Positions 24,108 to 34,094 of a stretch of 64,000 bases of DNA are shown one piece after another (within the stretch, counting starts at the first letter, position 1; each line of letters opens with the position of its first letter). Source of the DNA: Flavobacterium sp. Its GTDB lineage: Bacteria > Bacteroidota > Bacteroidia > Flavobacteriales > Flavobacteriaceae. Below the pieces are notes generated by a model. It saw only the letters and a list, made by a program, of their open reading frames with translations, was not told the DNA's origin and made no database searches. The stretch covers positions 16,365 to 80,364 of the forward strand of contig JBDTRA010000005.1 in the NCBI GenBank assembly GCA_039931915.1, given 5' to 3'. Made by a program: the position numbers and the translations under genes.

Positions 24108-25054
24108 TGGAAAAATTGAGAATTATATTTATGGGAACTCCGGAGTTTGCTGTTGGCATTCTGGATACCATTATTAAAAACAATTACGATGTTGTTGGCG
24201 TGATAACTGCTGCTGATAAACCGGCCGGGCGCGGACAAAAAATAAAATATTCGGCTGTAAAAGAATATGCACTGGCAAACAACCTTACCTTATTACAGCC
24301 AACGAATCTAAAAGACGAAAGTTTTTTAGCAGAATTAAAAGCTTTAAATGCCAATTTACAAATTGTGGTTGCTTTTAGAATGTTGCCAAAAGTAGTCTGG
24401 GAGATGCCAAGTTTAGGAACCTTTAATCTTCATGCTTCCTTATTGCCAAATTATCGCGGCGCAGCACCAATTAACTGGGCTATTATTAATGGAGAAACCA
24501 AAACTGGTGTTACGACTTTTTTCATTGATGATAAAATTGATACGGGAGCAATGATTTTAAATTCGGAGATTGCGATTGAGCCAACAGAAAATGCCGGACA
24601 ATTGCACGATCGATTAATGCATTTGGGAAGCCAGACCGTAATTGATACTTTGCAGGTTATTGAGAAAGGAAATGTGACAACTACAATTCAGGAAGATAAT
24701 GCCGAAATCAAAACAGCTTATAAACTTGATAAGGAAAATTGTAAAATCGACTGGGCAAAATCCGGAGAGGAAATCAATAATCTGATTCGGGGATTAAGCC
24801 CTTATCCGGCTGCCTGGTGTTTTTTAAATGATAAAAATGAAGAATTAAGCATCAAAATATATGAAGCAAAACTGATTGAAGAAGAGCATTCATATGAAAT
24901 TGGAAGCCTGATAAGCAGTAAAAAGGAAATTAAAATTGCCATCCGAAACGGCTTTATCCAGCTTTTAAGTTTACAGTTACCAGGCAAAAAAAGAATGCAA
25001 GTAGCAGAATTATTAAATGGAATTACCTTTTCTGAGCTTGCAAGAGTCTATTAA
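24107..25054 (+). CDS. fmt: methionyl-tRNA formyltransferase
   Basis: RIIFMGTPEFAV, NLHASLLPNYRGAAPINWAIINGE. The ATG overlaps the recQ stop (TAATG). Confidence 0.92.
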   Translation: MEKLRIIFMGTPEFAVGILDTIIKNNYDVVGVITAADKPAGRGQKIKYSAVKEYALANNLTLLQPTNLKDESFLAELKALNANLQIVVAFRMLPKVVWEMPSLGTFNLHASLLPNYRGAAPINWAIINGETKTGVTTFFIDDKIDTGAMILNSEIAIEPTENAGQLHDRLMHLGSQTVIDTLQVIEKGNVTTTIQEDNAEIKTAYKLDKENCKIDWAKSGEEINNLIRGLSPYPAAWCFLNDKNEELSIKIYEAKLIEEEHSYEIGSLISSKKEIKIAIRNGFIQLLSLQLPGKKRMQVAELLNGITFSELARVY

Positions 25055-25182
25055 GGCCAATAAAACAGGGGTTTTTATGTATTTTTACTTAATAAACAGG
25101 ATGCTTTATGAACAAAAAAAGCAAGTTATTAACAATTTTTGCTAAATTTAAAGAAAACACTTGCAAGGAACGGATTTCCTAT

Positions 25183-25190
25183 TAAATTTG
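25183..25190 (+). promoter_or_regulatory. Bacteroidota -7 promoter box TAAATTTG upstream of the HU gene
   Basis: TAnnTTTG match 45 nt upstream of the ATG at 25235. Confidence 0.4.
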
Positions 25191-25234
25191 TGTATTAACA
25201 ATTTTTTTTAACCAACAATTAATAACTAATTATT

Positions 25235-25507
25235 ATGAACAAATCAGAATTAATCGATGCTATCGCTGCTGATGCAGGAATTACAAAAGCTGCGGCTAAA
25301 TTAGCTTTAGAATCTTTTTTAGGTAATGTAGGATCAACTTTGAAAAAAGGTGGAAGAATTTCATTAGTAGGTTTTGGATCATGGTCAGTATCAGCTAGAG
25401 CTGCCAGAGATGGTAGAAACCCTCAAACAGGAAAAACTATTCAAATCGCTGCTAAAAATGTAGTTAAATTTAAAGCCGGAGCTGAATTAGAAGGTGCAGT
25501 GAACTAA
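25235..25507 (+). CDS. HU-family DNA-binding protein
   Basis: 90 aa. MNKSELIDAIA..GFGSWSVSARAARDGRNPQTGKTIQI. Confidence 0.92.
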   Translation: MNKSELIDAIAADAGITKAAAKLALESFLGNVGSTLKKGGRISLVGFGSWSVSARAARDGRNPQTGKTIQIAAKNVVKFKAGAELEGAVN

Positions 25508-25537
25508 ACAAGAGTTCATTAAGCTTATAATATAATC

Positions 25538-25565
25538 AAAACCTTCCATATGGAGGGTTTTTTTA
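25538..25565 (+). terminator. rho-independent terminator after the HU gene
   Basis: ccttcc / ggaggg stem followed by a T-run. Confidence 0.55.
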
Positions 25566-25633
25566 TACGGTTTAACGATTTTATTTGGGTTTTTAAATAT
25601 TTTATGATTAAATTTAATAAAAATTGTAGCCGT

Positions 25634-26194
25634 ATGATTTCAGAAAAATTAAAAAAAGGACACCTGCTTATTGCCGAGCCTTCTATAATTGGAGATTTAT
25701 CATTTAATAGATCGGTAATTTTATTAGCAGACCATAACAAAGAAGGATCAATAGGTTTTATCATTAATAAACCATTAAAATATACTATTAATGATTTGAT
25801 ACCTGAGATTGATGCCACTTTCAAAATATACAATGGAGGCCCTGTAGAACAGGATAATCTTTATTTCATTCACAATATTCCAGATTTAATCCCGAATAGT
25901 GTTGAGATTTCTAATGGAATTTATTGGGGAGGCGATTTTGAATCGACCAAAGACTTAATAAACGACGGATCTATCAACAAAAACAATATTCGTTTTTTCT
26001 TGGGATATACCGGTTGGGACGAAAATCAGCTTGAAAATGAAATGCAGGGAAACTCCTGGATTATTGCCGATAATAGTTATAAAAATAAAATTATCGGAAA
26101 ATCCGCTACCCATTTTTGGAAGGAGCAAATTATTGAGCTGGGAGGCGATTATCTTATTTGGTCAAATGCACCTGAAAATCCATATCTGAATTAG
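25634..26194 (+). CDS. YqgE/AlgH-family (UPF0301) protein
   Basis: Internal ATG at 25634 (MISEKLKKGHLLIAEPSIIGDLSFNRSVILLADHN..). The upstream part of the track ORF overlaps the HU terminator. Confidence 0.75.
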   Translation: MISEKLKKGHLLIAEPSIIGDLSFNRSVILLADHNKEGSIGFIINKPLKYTINDLIPEIDATFKIYNGGPVEQDNLYFIHNIPDLIPNSVEISNGIYWGGDFESTKDLINDGSINKNNIRFFLGYTGWDENQLENEMQGNSWIIADNSYKNKIIGKSATHFWKEQIIELGGDYLIWSNAPENPYLN

Positions 26195-27030
26195 TTTTCA
26201 GATATGGATTCATTCAGTTTGTGTACTAATAATTGAGCAAAATTACTGGTAAATTCTTTTTTCCGGTATTTAGTTATTGGCTGTATCCCTATGATTACGT
26301 TTGTCAGAAATAATTCGTCAGCTTTTTGAAGATCGAAAGGCGAAATTATTTCTTCGAGAACTTCTATACCTTCTGTTTTTTTAGCCAAAGCCAAAATTTG
26401 CTTGCGCATTACACCATTCAGGCAGCCTTCGGAAATTGGCGGGGTAATTAATTTTTTACCCACTACCATAAATAAATTTCCTTGTAAAACTTCAACAACA
26501 TTTTTGCTGTCATTAAGCAAAATACAGTTTTCAAAACCATTTTCATCAGCAAAAACACTTCCGGTAATATTAATCATCTTATTAGTTGTTTTAATAGATG
26601 ATAATAATTGTCTGGATACATAGAAGTCTTTATATAAATCGACTTCATAATGCCGCGTATTTAAAGCGTAAGAAGTATTTTCAAGTGAAGTTGTATGAAT
26701 TAAAAAAGAAACTTCATTCGTTTGAGGCAAATATAATCCGCCATTATTTCTAAAAACGGTAATTCTCGCTCTTGCCGATGCAGAAAATCCATTTTCGCTG
26801 ACCACTTTTAAAATTTGTTCTTCCAAATATTCCATTGTGAAATTCATCGGAATCTCCATTCGAACAACACGCATAGAAGCCATTAATCTAAAATAATGAT
26901 CCTCAAGAAATAAAATTTTATTGTTAATTATTTTTACTGTTTCAAAAACACCGTCTCCATACAAAAATGCCCTGTTTTGAGTTAGTATATTATCGTCCTG
27001 TGCTATTATATTTCCATTAAAATTGATCAT
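26191..27030 (-). CDS. class IV aminotransferase (ADC-lyase/branched-chain type)
   Basis: 279 aa. FLYGDGVFETVKI.., ..LFLTNVIIGIQPI. Fold-type IV pattern. Confidence 0.75.
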   Translation of the reverse strand: MINFNGNIIAQDDNILTQNRAFLYGDGVFETVKIINNKILFLEDHYFRLMASMRVVRMEIPMNFTMEYLEEQILKVVSENGFSASARARITVFRNNGGLYLPQTNEVSFLIHTTSLENTSYALNTRHYEVDLYKDFYVSRQLLSSIKTTNKMINITGSVFADENGFENCILLNDSKNVVEVLQGNLFMVVGKKLITPPISEGCLNGVMRKQILALAKKTEGIEVLEEIISPFDLQKADELFLTNVIIGIQPITKYRKKEFTSNFAQLLVHKLNESISEN

Positions 27031-27056
27031 AAAAAAACCCTGAATTTTGTTCAGGG
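27031..27056 (-). terminator. rho-independent terminator of the SRPBCC gene
   Basis: ccctgaa / ttcaggg stem with a T-run on the minus strand (plus-strand A-run 27031-27037). Confidence 0.55.
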
Positions 27057-27084
27057 CAAATATAAGTCATAAAATAGAATTTTA

Positions 27085-27486
27085 CTAAACTGATCCTATT
27101 AGATGTTTTAAGTCCGAAATTTGATTCTCCCACAATTGTTTAGCCTCTCCTACTTCTTCTTTTTCAGCAAAATCTATAACCATTAAAGACACATCTTTTG
27201 TTAATTCATCGACCAATATATGTAGTTCAAAAAAGTATTCAGTGTCTTTACTAGCTTCATCTACCCATTTAAATTTCACTTTTTCACCTGTTTTTTTCGA
27301 AGCCAAACGTGCTTTTTCCTGTGAATCATTCCAGATAAAAGTAAAAAACTCACCACGAGAATTTACATTATCAGCGAACCATTCAGACAAACCGGACGGA
27401 GTTGATATATATTGATATAATAACTGAGGAGAAGAATTAATCGGGAACTCTATTTCGTAGCGTATTTTTGAATCCATGTGCTGCAT
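27085..27486 (-). CDS. START-like/SRPBCC-fold small protein
   Basis: 133 aa; an alternative start exists at 27477 (MDSKIRY). PSGLSEWFADNV is an AHSA1/SRPBCC-like pattern. Confidence 0.5.
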   Translation of the reverse strand: MQHMDSKIRYEIEFPINSSPQLLYQYISTPSGLSEWFADNVNSRGEFFTFIWNDSQEKARLASKKTGEKVKFKWVDEASKDTEYFFELHILVDELTKDVSLMVIDFAEKEEVGEAKQLWENQISDLKHLIGSV

Positions 27487-27585
27487 TTAATTTTTTGGAA
27501 ATATAAGAATATCTGTTCAAAAAAAAAGGTTTTTAAAAATATTTTTTTTTCTTTGTTTTATGCTTGTTCGCTTTAATATAATTTT

Positions 27586-27593
27586 TATATTTG
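27586..27593 (+). promoter_or_regulatory. Bacteroidota -7 promoter box TATATTTG upstream of tRNA-Met
   Basis: TAnnTTTG match 38 nt upstream of the tRNA 5' end. Confidence 0.4.
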
Positions 27594-27630
27594 CACCCGC
27601 AATGAGGAATTCATTTCTGATAGCAGTCCA

Positions 27631-27704
27631 GGCGAGGTAGCTCAGTTGGTTAGAGCGCAGGATTCATAACCCTGAGGTCACGGGTTCAACTCCCGTCCTC
27701 GCTA
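27631..27704 (+). tRNA. tRNA with CAT anticodon (Met; an Ile-lysidine identity cannot be excluded by eye)
   Basis: Hand-folded cloverleaf. Acceptor GGCGAGG/CCTCGCT (G1-U72 wobble), D arm GCTC-AGTTGGTTA-GAGC, anticodon arm CAGGA-TTCATAA-CCCTG (one A-C mismatch), T arm ACGGG-TTCAACT-CCCGT. 74 nt, with no encoded CCA. Confidence 0.9.
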
Positions 27705-27714
27705 CAAAAACAAA

Positions 27715-27746
27715 CCCCTAATCATCAATTGATTAGGGTTTTTTTA
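27715..27746 (+). terminator. terminator after the tRNA
   Basis: ccctaatc / gattaggg stem followed by a T-run. Confidence 0.55.
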
Positions 27747-28534
27747 TTGGGATTTTGTTGAAAATCTAGACTTCATATAGCTCAAGTGAGGACTTCAGTG
27801 AGGTGCTTCAGTGAGGAACTAAATATTTTTTTTTAAGACCTAAGCAAGAAAAAGAAAATTTTCTACTATTGATTTTTCAAATTCTTGATCAAATATTAAA
27901 TTTAAAAGGATCATATTGTCATCCTATGATAAATGTTTTACTTACTACATATATTTAAAAATATTCAAAATGAAAGCAGCAAAATAGATCAATCCATTTT
28001 CAAAAACTCACTACTTCCTTTTACTCGTTGAAACCAGGTATTTTTACTTGAAAGTTTATTGTATTTTTTGCATAACGACTTTGTTAGAAACCACTTTTTC
28101 CCAAATCAACAATTTCTTACAGTTGGAGACAAAGTAATTTTAGTTAGATCTATAATATTTGAGCACTATTTTAGATATATATTAAAAATAACACATTCAA
28201 GTACAAAATTAAATACATTTCTACCCCCTTTAATTTTTCTTAATTGATACTTTTACACCCGCAGTATAAAATAGTTTCCAAGAATAGTTTTGCAACTGTT
28301 TTTATTAGACTGGACAGTTAATTTCATCTATTTTTGTTAATAAATTATAAATTATCGTAAGATGTTTATTTTCAATATATTAAAATTATGGATTCTTTTC
28401 ATTTTGAAAACAATCTTATAAGTCACAAAATAAATTTAAAAATCGACTAAATAATTATGATCGTAAAGAAAATTGGTCGCAAATACCAATAGCAGCTATG
28501 CGAATTATATATGACCAATAAAAAAATATCACCT

Positions 28535-31402
28535 ATGAAAGGAAATAAAATATGTTTAAGCTTAATCACTGGATTAGTATTGGCATCTTGTGCTACTAAA
28601 CATTACGAAAAGACGGATAATAGCATAATTGTAAACATAATCCATGCTAAAGAGCACCAATTGAATAAATTACGTTTACAGATTTTAGGAAATGATTTAA
28701 TTCATGTGTCTGCAACACCAGAAAATGAATTTCTAAAAGATTCCAGTTTAATTATTGTGCCTAATATTGGAACAGTTCCGTTTAAAGTTACCGAAACAAA
28801 TGATTCTATCAAATTAATTACCGAAACTTTAAATGTAATGATTTCTCCAAAAGATGGTGGCATTAAGTTTAAAGATAAAAACGGAAAACTTATTTTATCC
28901 GAAACAGCTGGGGGTGGTAAAACATTCAGCCCAGTGGAAGTTGAAGGGACTAAAGGGTATGCAGTTCGCCAAATTTTTGAATCACCAAAAGATGAAGCTT
29001 TTTATGGCTTAGGGCAGCATCAATCAGACGACTTTAATTACAAAGATAAAAGCGAAGAATTATTTCAATACAACACTAAAGTTTCTGTACCATTTATTGT
29101 TTCCAATAAAAACTATGGGCTTTTATGGGATAGTTATTCATTAAGCCGTTTTGGGGACAGCCGTCCTTATGAACAATTAAATGCTGTTTTTAAATTATAT
29201 GATAAAAATGGTGAAGCTAATAATTTAACAGGTACTTATAACACGCCGGATAATGGTAAAATAAATCTGGTTCGAAAAGAAGCATCTATTTTCTTTGAAG
29301 ATGTCAAAAGTTTTAAAAAATTGCCGGCTAATTTCCCACTAAAAAATGCTGATATAACTTATGAAGGCGATATTGAAGCACCACAAAATGGCGAATATAA
29401 ATTTACTTTATATTATTCAGGTTATGTTAAAGTGTATTTGAATAATCAATTAGTAGTTCCTGAACGTTGGAGAACAGCCTGGAATCCTAACAGCTACAAG
29501 TTTTCAATGAATTTAGAGGCCGGAAAACGAGTTCCTTTACGAATAGAATGGAAACCAAATGGAGGGACATCATACTGCGGATTAAGAGTAAGAACCCCTC
29601 AACTAATTGAAGAAAAAAGTAATCAGGTCTGGTGGAGCGAAATGAATAAAAAAATAGATTATTATTTTGTTCATGGCAATTCTATGGATCAAATAGTTAA
29701 AGGATACCGTACCTTGACCGGAAAAGCTCAAATTATGCCAAAATGGGCAATGGGTTATTGGCAAAGTCGTGAGAGGTATAAAACTGAAGACGAGATTCTA
29801 AGCAATTTAAAAGAATTCAGAGAGCGTAAGATTCCTATAGATAATATTGTACTGGATTGGAACTACTGGGAAGAAAATGCCTGGGGAAGTCATCAGTTTG
29901 ACCCAAAACGTTTCCCTAACCCAAAAGCGATGGTAGATTCTATCCATGCAATGAATGGTAAAATGATGATTTCGGTATGGCCTAAATTTTATAAAACTAC
30001 AGAACACTTCAAAGAATTTGACCAAAAAGGATGGATGTACCAACAAGCCATAAAAGATAGTGTTCGTGATTGGGTTGGTCCAGGTTATGTAGGTTCTTTT
30101 TATGACGCTTATTCAAGCGGTGCGAGAAAACTATTCTGGAAACAAATTTATGAAAATTTATATCCGACAGGAGTTGATGCATGGTGGATGGATGCCAGTG
30201 AACCAAATGTACTGGATTGTACAGATATGGAATACCGTAAAGCACTGCAGGGACCAACCGCTTTAGGTCCGGCGACAGAATATTTCAATACTTATGCTTT
30301 AATGAATGCTGAAGCCATTTATGATGGACAACGCAGTGTAGAACCAAATAAGCGGGTGTTTTTATTAACCAGATCAGGTTTTGCAGGATTACAACGTTAT
30401 TCGACAGCAACATGGAGCGGTGATATCGCAACACGCTGGGAAGATTTGAAAGCACAAATTTCGGCAGGTTTAAACTTTGCAATTAGTGGTATTCCGTATT
30501 GGACTATGGATATTGGTGGATTCTGTGTTGAAGATCGTTATGTAGATGCTCAAAAGGAATATGATAAAAATGGAATAGAAAATCCAGACAACAAAGAATG
30601 GAGAGAATTGAATACACGTTGGCATCAATTTGGTGTTTTTGCACCATTATATAGATCGCACGGGCAATTTCCTTATCGTGAGCCTTGGAATATAGCCCCG
30701 AAAGGGCATCCGGCTTATGAATCTATTTTGTTTTATGACAATCTACGTTATAGATTAATGCCATATATCTATACCATGGCAGGAATGACTCATTTTGACG
30801 ATTATACGATTATGCGTCCTTTAATTATGGATTTCTCTAATGATAAAAAAGTTGTCAATAGTAATGATCAATTTATGTTTGGTCCAAATTTTATGGTTTG
30901 CCCCGTTTATAAGTATGGCATTCGTAAAAGAGATGTATATTTTCCTGCCGGAATTAATTGGTATGATTTTAATACAGGAGATTATATTAAGGGTGGTCAA
31001 ACTTTATCCATCGACGCACCATACGGCCGCATTCCACTATTTATCCCTGAAGGAGCCATTATTCCTGTAGGACCAGAGATACAATATACCGATGAAAAAC
31101 CGGCAGATACTATTGTTCTTTATGTGTATAGAGGTAAGAATGGAAGTTTTAATTTATATGAGGACGAAGGTGTAAATTATAATTATGAAAAAGGATTCCT
31201 TTCCAGCATTCCAATCAGTTATAATGAAGCAAATGGTGTCTTAACTATTGGTGAGCGTAAAGGAGAATTTAAAGGAATGTTAAAAAACCGAAAATTTGTT
31301 ATTGTTCCTGTCAGTAAAGAAAGTCATAAAGCGTTTGTTTATGATGCTCAGGGGCAAGTTGTGAATTATGATGGGCACCTGCAAACCATTACATTAAAAT
31401 AA
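28535..31402 (+). CDS. glycoside hydrolase family 31 lipoprotein with a PA14-like insert (alpha-xylosidase/alpha-glucosidase type)
   Basis: ATG at 28535 gives MKGNKICLSLITGLVLASC (lipobox). YGLGQH, PKWAMGYWQSRERY, GVDAWWMDASEPN (nucleophile region), WSGDI, YRSHG. EYKFTLYYSGYVKVYLNN is PA14-like. Confidence 0.8.
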   Translation: MKGNKICLSLITGLVLASCATKHYEKTDNSIIVNIIHAKEHQLNKLRLQILGNDLIHVSATPENEFLKDSSLIIVPNIGTVPFKVTETNDSIKLITETLNVMISPKDGGIKFKDKNGKLILSETAGGGKTFSPVEVEGTKGYAVRQIFESPKDEAFYGLGQHQSDDFNYKDKSEELFQYNTKVSVPFIVSNKNYGLLWDSYSLSRFGDSRPYEQLNAVFKLYDKNGEANNLTGTYNTPDNGKINLVRKEASIFFEDVKSFKKLPANFPLKNADITYEGDIEAPQNGEYKFTLYYSGYVKVYLNNQLVVPERWRTAWNPNSYKFSMNLEAGKRVPLRIEWKPNGGTSYCGLRVRTPQLIEEKSNQVWWSEMNKKIDYYFVHGNSMDQIVKGYRTLTGKAQIMPKWAMGYWQSRERYKTEDEILSNLKEFRERKIPIDNIVLDWNYWEENAWGSHQFDPKRFPNPKAMVDSIHAMNGKMMISVWPKFYKTTEHFKEFDQKGWMYQQAIKDSVRDWVGPGYVGSFYDAYSSGARKLFWKQIYENLYPTGVDAWWMDASEPNVLDCTDMEYRKALQGPTALGPATEYFNTYALMNAEAIYDGQRSVEPNKRVFLLTRSGFAGLQRYSTATWSGDIATRWEDLKAQISAGLNFAISGIPYWTMDIGGFCVEDRYVDAQKEYDKNGIENPDNKEWRELNTRWHQFGVFAPLYRSHGQFPYREPWNIAPKGHPAYESILFYDNLRYRLMPYIYTMAGMTHFDDYTIMRPLIMDFSNDKKVVNSNDQFMFGPNFMVCPVYKYGIRKRDVYFPAGINWYDFNTGDYIKGGQTLSIDAPYGRIPLFIPEGAIIPVGPEIQYTDEKPADTIVLYVYRGKNGSFNLYEDEGVNYNYEKGFLSSIPISYNEANGVLTIGERKGEFKGMLKNRKFVIVPVSKESHKAFVYDAQGQVVNYDGHLQTITLK

Positions 31403-31431
31403 CCACAAAACCATAAAGCGAAATAATCGAA

Positions 31432-32834
31432 ATGAAAATAAATTAATCATTTTATCTATTGCCGTTTCATCATTTATTGTTGATTCTTGTAATAATGATA
31501 TTGTATTATCTACAGAAGGGAAAACCGAAATAATATATGAAGGAAAAGAAATGACTACGGAGTATGATGTAGAAATTGAGAAATTGATTTCTCAAATGAG
31601 TTTTGAAGAAAAAATAGGAACGCTGCACGGAAACAGGATGTTTAGTACAGGATGCCTACAAAATTGCATCTGAAAACATTGTGTTGTTAAAAAATGAAAA
31701 TAACGCTTTACCATTACAATTAGATGGTGTAAAATCGATTCCAGTAATTGGGAATAATGCGACTAAGAAAAATGCTTTAGGCGGTTTTGGCGCAGGTGCT
31801 AAAACCAAAAGAGAAATTACACCTTTAGAAGGCTTACGAAACAGATTGCCATCCTCTGTCAAAATTAATTATGCAGAAGGATACTTAGAATGATATGATG
31901 TTAAAAATAAAGCGAAATTAGGTGATATTACTTTAAATGGACCCGTTACTTACTATTGATCAATTGGATTCTGGTAAATTACAGGAAGCTATTGATGCAG
32001 CCAAAAAATCAGATGTAGTTATCATTTTTACAGGATCTACCGTGATTATGAAACAGAGGGTTCAGATCGTAAAAGTTTAGAATTGCCTTTTGGACAAGAA
32101 GAAATTAATCAATAAAGTTTTGGCTGTAAACCCAAGAACTATAGTAGTTATGATTGGAGGAGCACCATTGGCTATTGAAAATATCAGCAAAAAAAACAAA
32201 CGCTTTGGTTTGGAGTTGGTTCAATGGTTCTGAAGGAGGAGATGCCCTCGCTGATGTTTTATTAGGGAAAATAAATCCGTCAGGAAAATTACCTTGGACA
32301 ATGCCAAAAGACATTATGGATTCTCCTGCTCATGCTACCTATAGTTTTCCAGGCAAAAAGATTGTAAATTATGCCGAGGGAATCCTGGTTGGATACCGTT
32401 GGTTTGATACAAAAAGGATAACTCCTTTGTACCCATTTGGATATGGAATGTCTTATACTGATTTTAGCTTTGAAAATGCCAAAACAAACAAAGTAAACTA
32501 TCACGCAGATGAGACAATTACTGTAACAGTAACTGTAAAAAACACAGGTAAAGTTGATGGAAAAAAAGTTGTTCAGGTGTATCTTCTAAAAAATATTCAA
32601 AAATAACCAGAGCGGCACAAGAGTTAAAAGGATTCCCAGAAAATATTGATCAAAGCCGGAGAAACACAAAATGTAACCATTGCAATTCCTGCAAGCGAAT
32701 TAGCATATTATGATGCAATTGCAAAAAAATGGACGATTGAATCTGGGAAATATATTCTTAGGATTGGAAATTCTTCCAGAAATATATTGTTAGATGCCTT
32801 AATAAATGTAAAAAAAGACTTTAAAAAAACTTAA
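31432..32834 (+). pseudogene. GH3 beta-glucosidase-like gene, multiply frameshifted and internally deleted
   Basis: ATG at 31432 hits a stop at codon 5, caused by a 1-nt loss in aat(t)taatc. Fragments in three frames: LISQMSFEEKIGTLHGN; ENIVLLKNENNALPL..IPVIGNNA; VVMIGGAPL; GKINPSGKLPWT..YRWFD..PLYPFGYGMSYT. Most of the catalytic N-domain is missing. Confidence 0.8.
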
Positions 32835-32893
32835 ACTTAAAGAGGTATCTTTTTTATTCAACACACAACTTCCAGAGCACCAGAAAATAGTAA

Positions 32894-33118
32894 TTGACAC
32901 CCTCTCCAGAAGATCTTGGTCTTGGCTTAAAAATTATTGCAGACAGAAATCAACCTTGTTTAATTATTACACATCGCAAACAAATTGCGGACCAGTGCAT
33001 AGAGCGAATTGAGACTTTCTTAGGAATTCAAAAAAATGAAATTGGGGAAATTGGACAGGGAAAAACCAAAATTGGAAAGCAAATAACGGTTGCTTATAAT
33101 AGTTCCAAAAGAATGTAG
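32894..33118 (+). pseudogene. fragment of a DEAD/DEAH-type helicase (res-subunit-like)
   Basis: ..LGLGLKIIADRNQPCLIITHRKQIADQCIERIETFLGIQKNEIGEIGQGK..ITVA resembles the motif I-II interval of SF2 helicases. There is no Walker A or DEAH box, and the fragment is only 74 aa. Confidence 0.45.
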
Positions 33119-33361
33119 AAGTTTTTCACTGTGAGGTTTCCTAATTCTTTAGAAAAAGTCGAAAAAGCTAACACGTTATAAATGTCATGTTAATAAAAAT
33201 AATATATTATTAAGTCCAAAATCATCAGATTGTTCTAAAATACTCAAGTGAGGAAAACGAGTGAGGAAAAGCCAAAAAACATCACAAAAACAATTTATCA
33301 CAAAAACAAAAACACCAGTAAATCAATTTATTACAGAATAAAAAAAATGGAGATTCCTATT

Positions 33362-33404
33362 TTCATAACCCTGAGGTCACGGGTTCAACTCCCGTTCTCA
33401 CTAC
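33362..33404 (+). repeat. duplicated 3' half of tRNA-Met (att-like direct repeat)
   Basis: ttcataaccctgaggtcacgggttcaactcccgtTctcActac, compared with tRNA positions 27662-27704. Confidence 0.85.
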
Positions 33405-33635
33405 TTACAAACCATTAAATATCAAGTGTTTAATGGTTTTTTATTGGGTATTGTTTCGAAAAATACTAACTTTAGAACTTTAAAGAGATTTAGTGAAAAA
33501 ATGTATAAATTTGAGATAGAAATATTTACTGTAATAATAATAAGATCAATATATTCTGAATATTTAAAACCACAAAATAATAACGAAAACTGCTATTAAA
33601 ACAGCATCTTGCAAACCAAGCAATTTATAAACAAC

Positions 33636-33893
33636 ATGGATATAGTTAAATTTAAAATCACATCAAAAACGATCAAAGTTGAAGTACGCAATTCAAATAA
33701 TTATGTATTTAATTTTAATACTGCTTTAGAGATTGAAAAAGAAGACAAAGAGGTTTTATTAAGACTATACAATGCATTAGATATTCTTTTTAAGAAAGAG
33801 ACTCCTGCCGAAATAAAAAACTATATTTCACCTAACCAAACAAATATACTTGATCAGATTTCCGCTGTTGACAATTTAGAACAGGAGAAATAA
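33636..33893 (+). CDS. hypothetical small protein
   Basis: ORF only (MDIVKFKITSK..). No motif recognised. Confidence 0.3.
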   Translation: MDIVKFKITSKTIKVEVRNSNNYVFNFNTALEIEKEDKEVLLRLYNALDILFKKETPAEIKNYISPNQTNILDQISAVDNLEQEK

Positions 33894-34094
33894 ATCAATT
33901 AAAGTTTAGCAGGAAGAATATCTGCTCTTCTAATAAAAGCTACAGCAAAAACATAGTTTACTTGTAAACTTTTTCTAATCAAATATTTATATAAAAAATC
34001 ATTAATTTAGCGTAGCACCAGAATCTATATGTCAATTTTATCACTTGTAAAATATTAGCTCTTGGGTTTTGCTTTCAATTTAACTAAAATATAA

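Larger units (their letters stand above)
27705..33404 (+). mobile_element. degenerate tRNA-Met-associated integrated islet (no integrase retained)
   Basis: Bounded on the left by the intact tRNA and on the right by a 43-bp copy of the tRNA 3' half (33362-33404, 2 mismatches). The content is partly decayed. Confidence 0.45.

Noticed and set aside
31681-32834. Track ORFs 31681-31893, 32154-32606 and 32646-32834 considered as separate small genes.
   Set aside because: Their translations are consecutive pieces of one GH3 beta-glucosidase in different frames, so they are reported as a single pseudogene.
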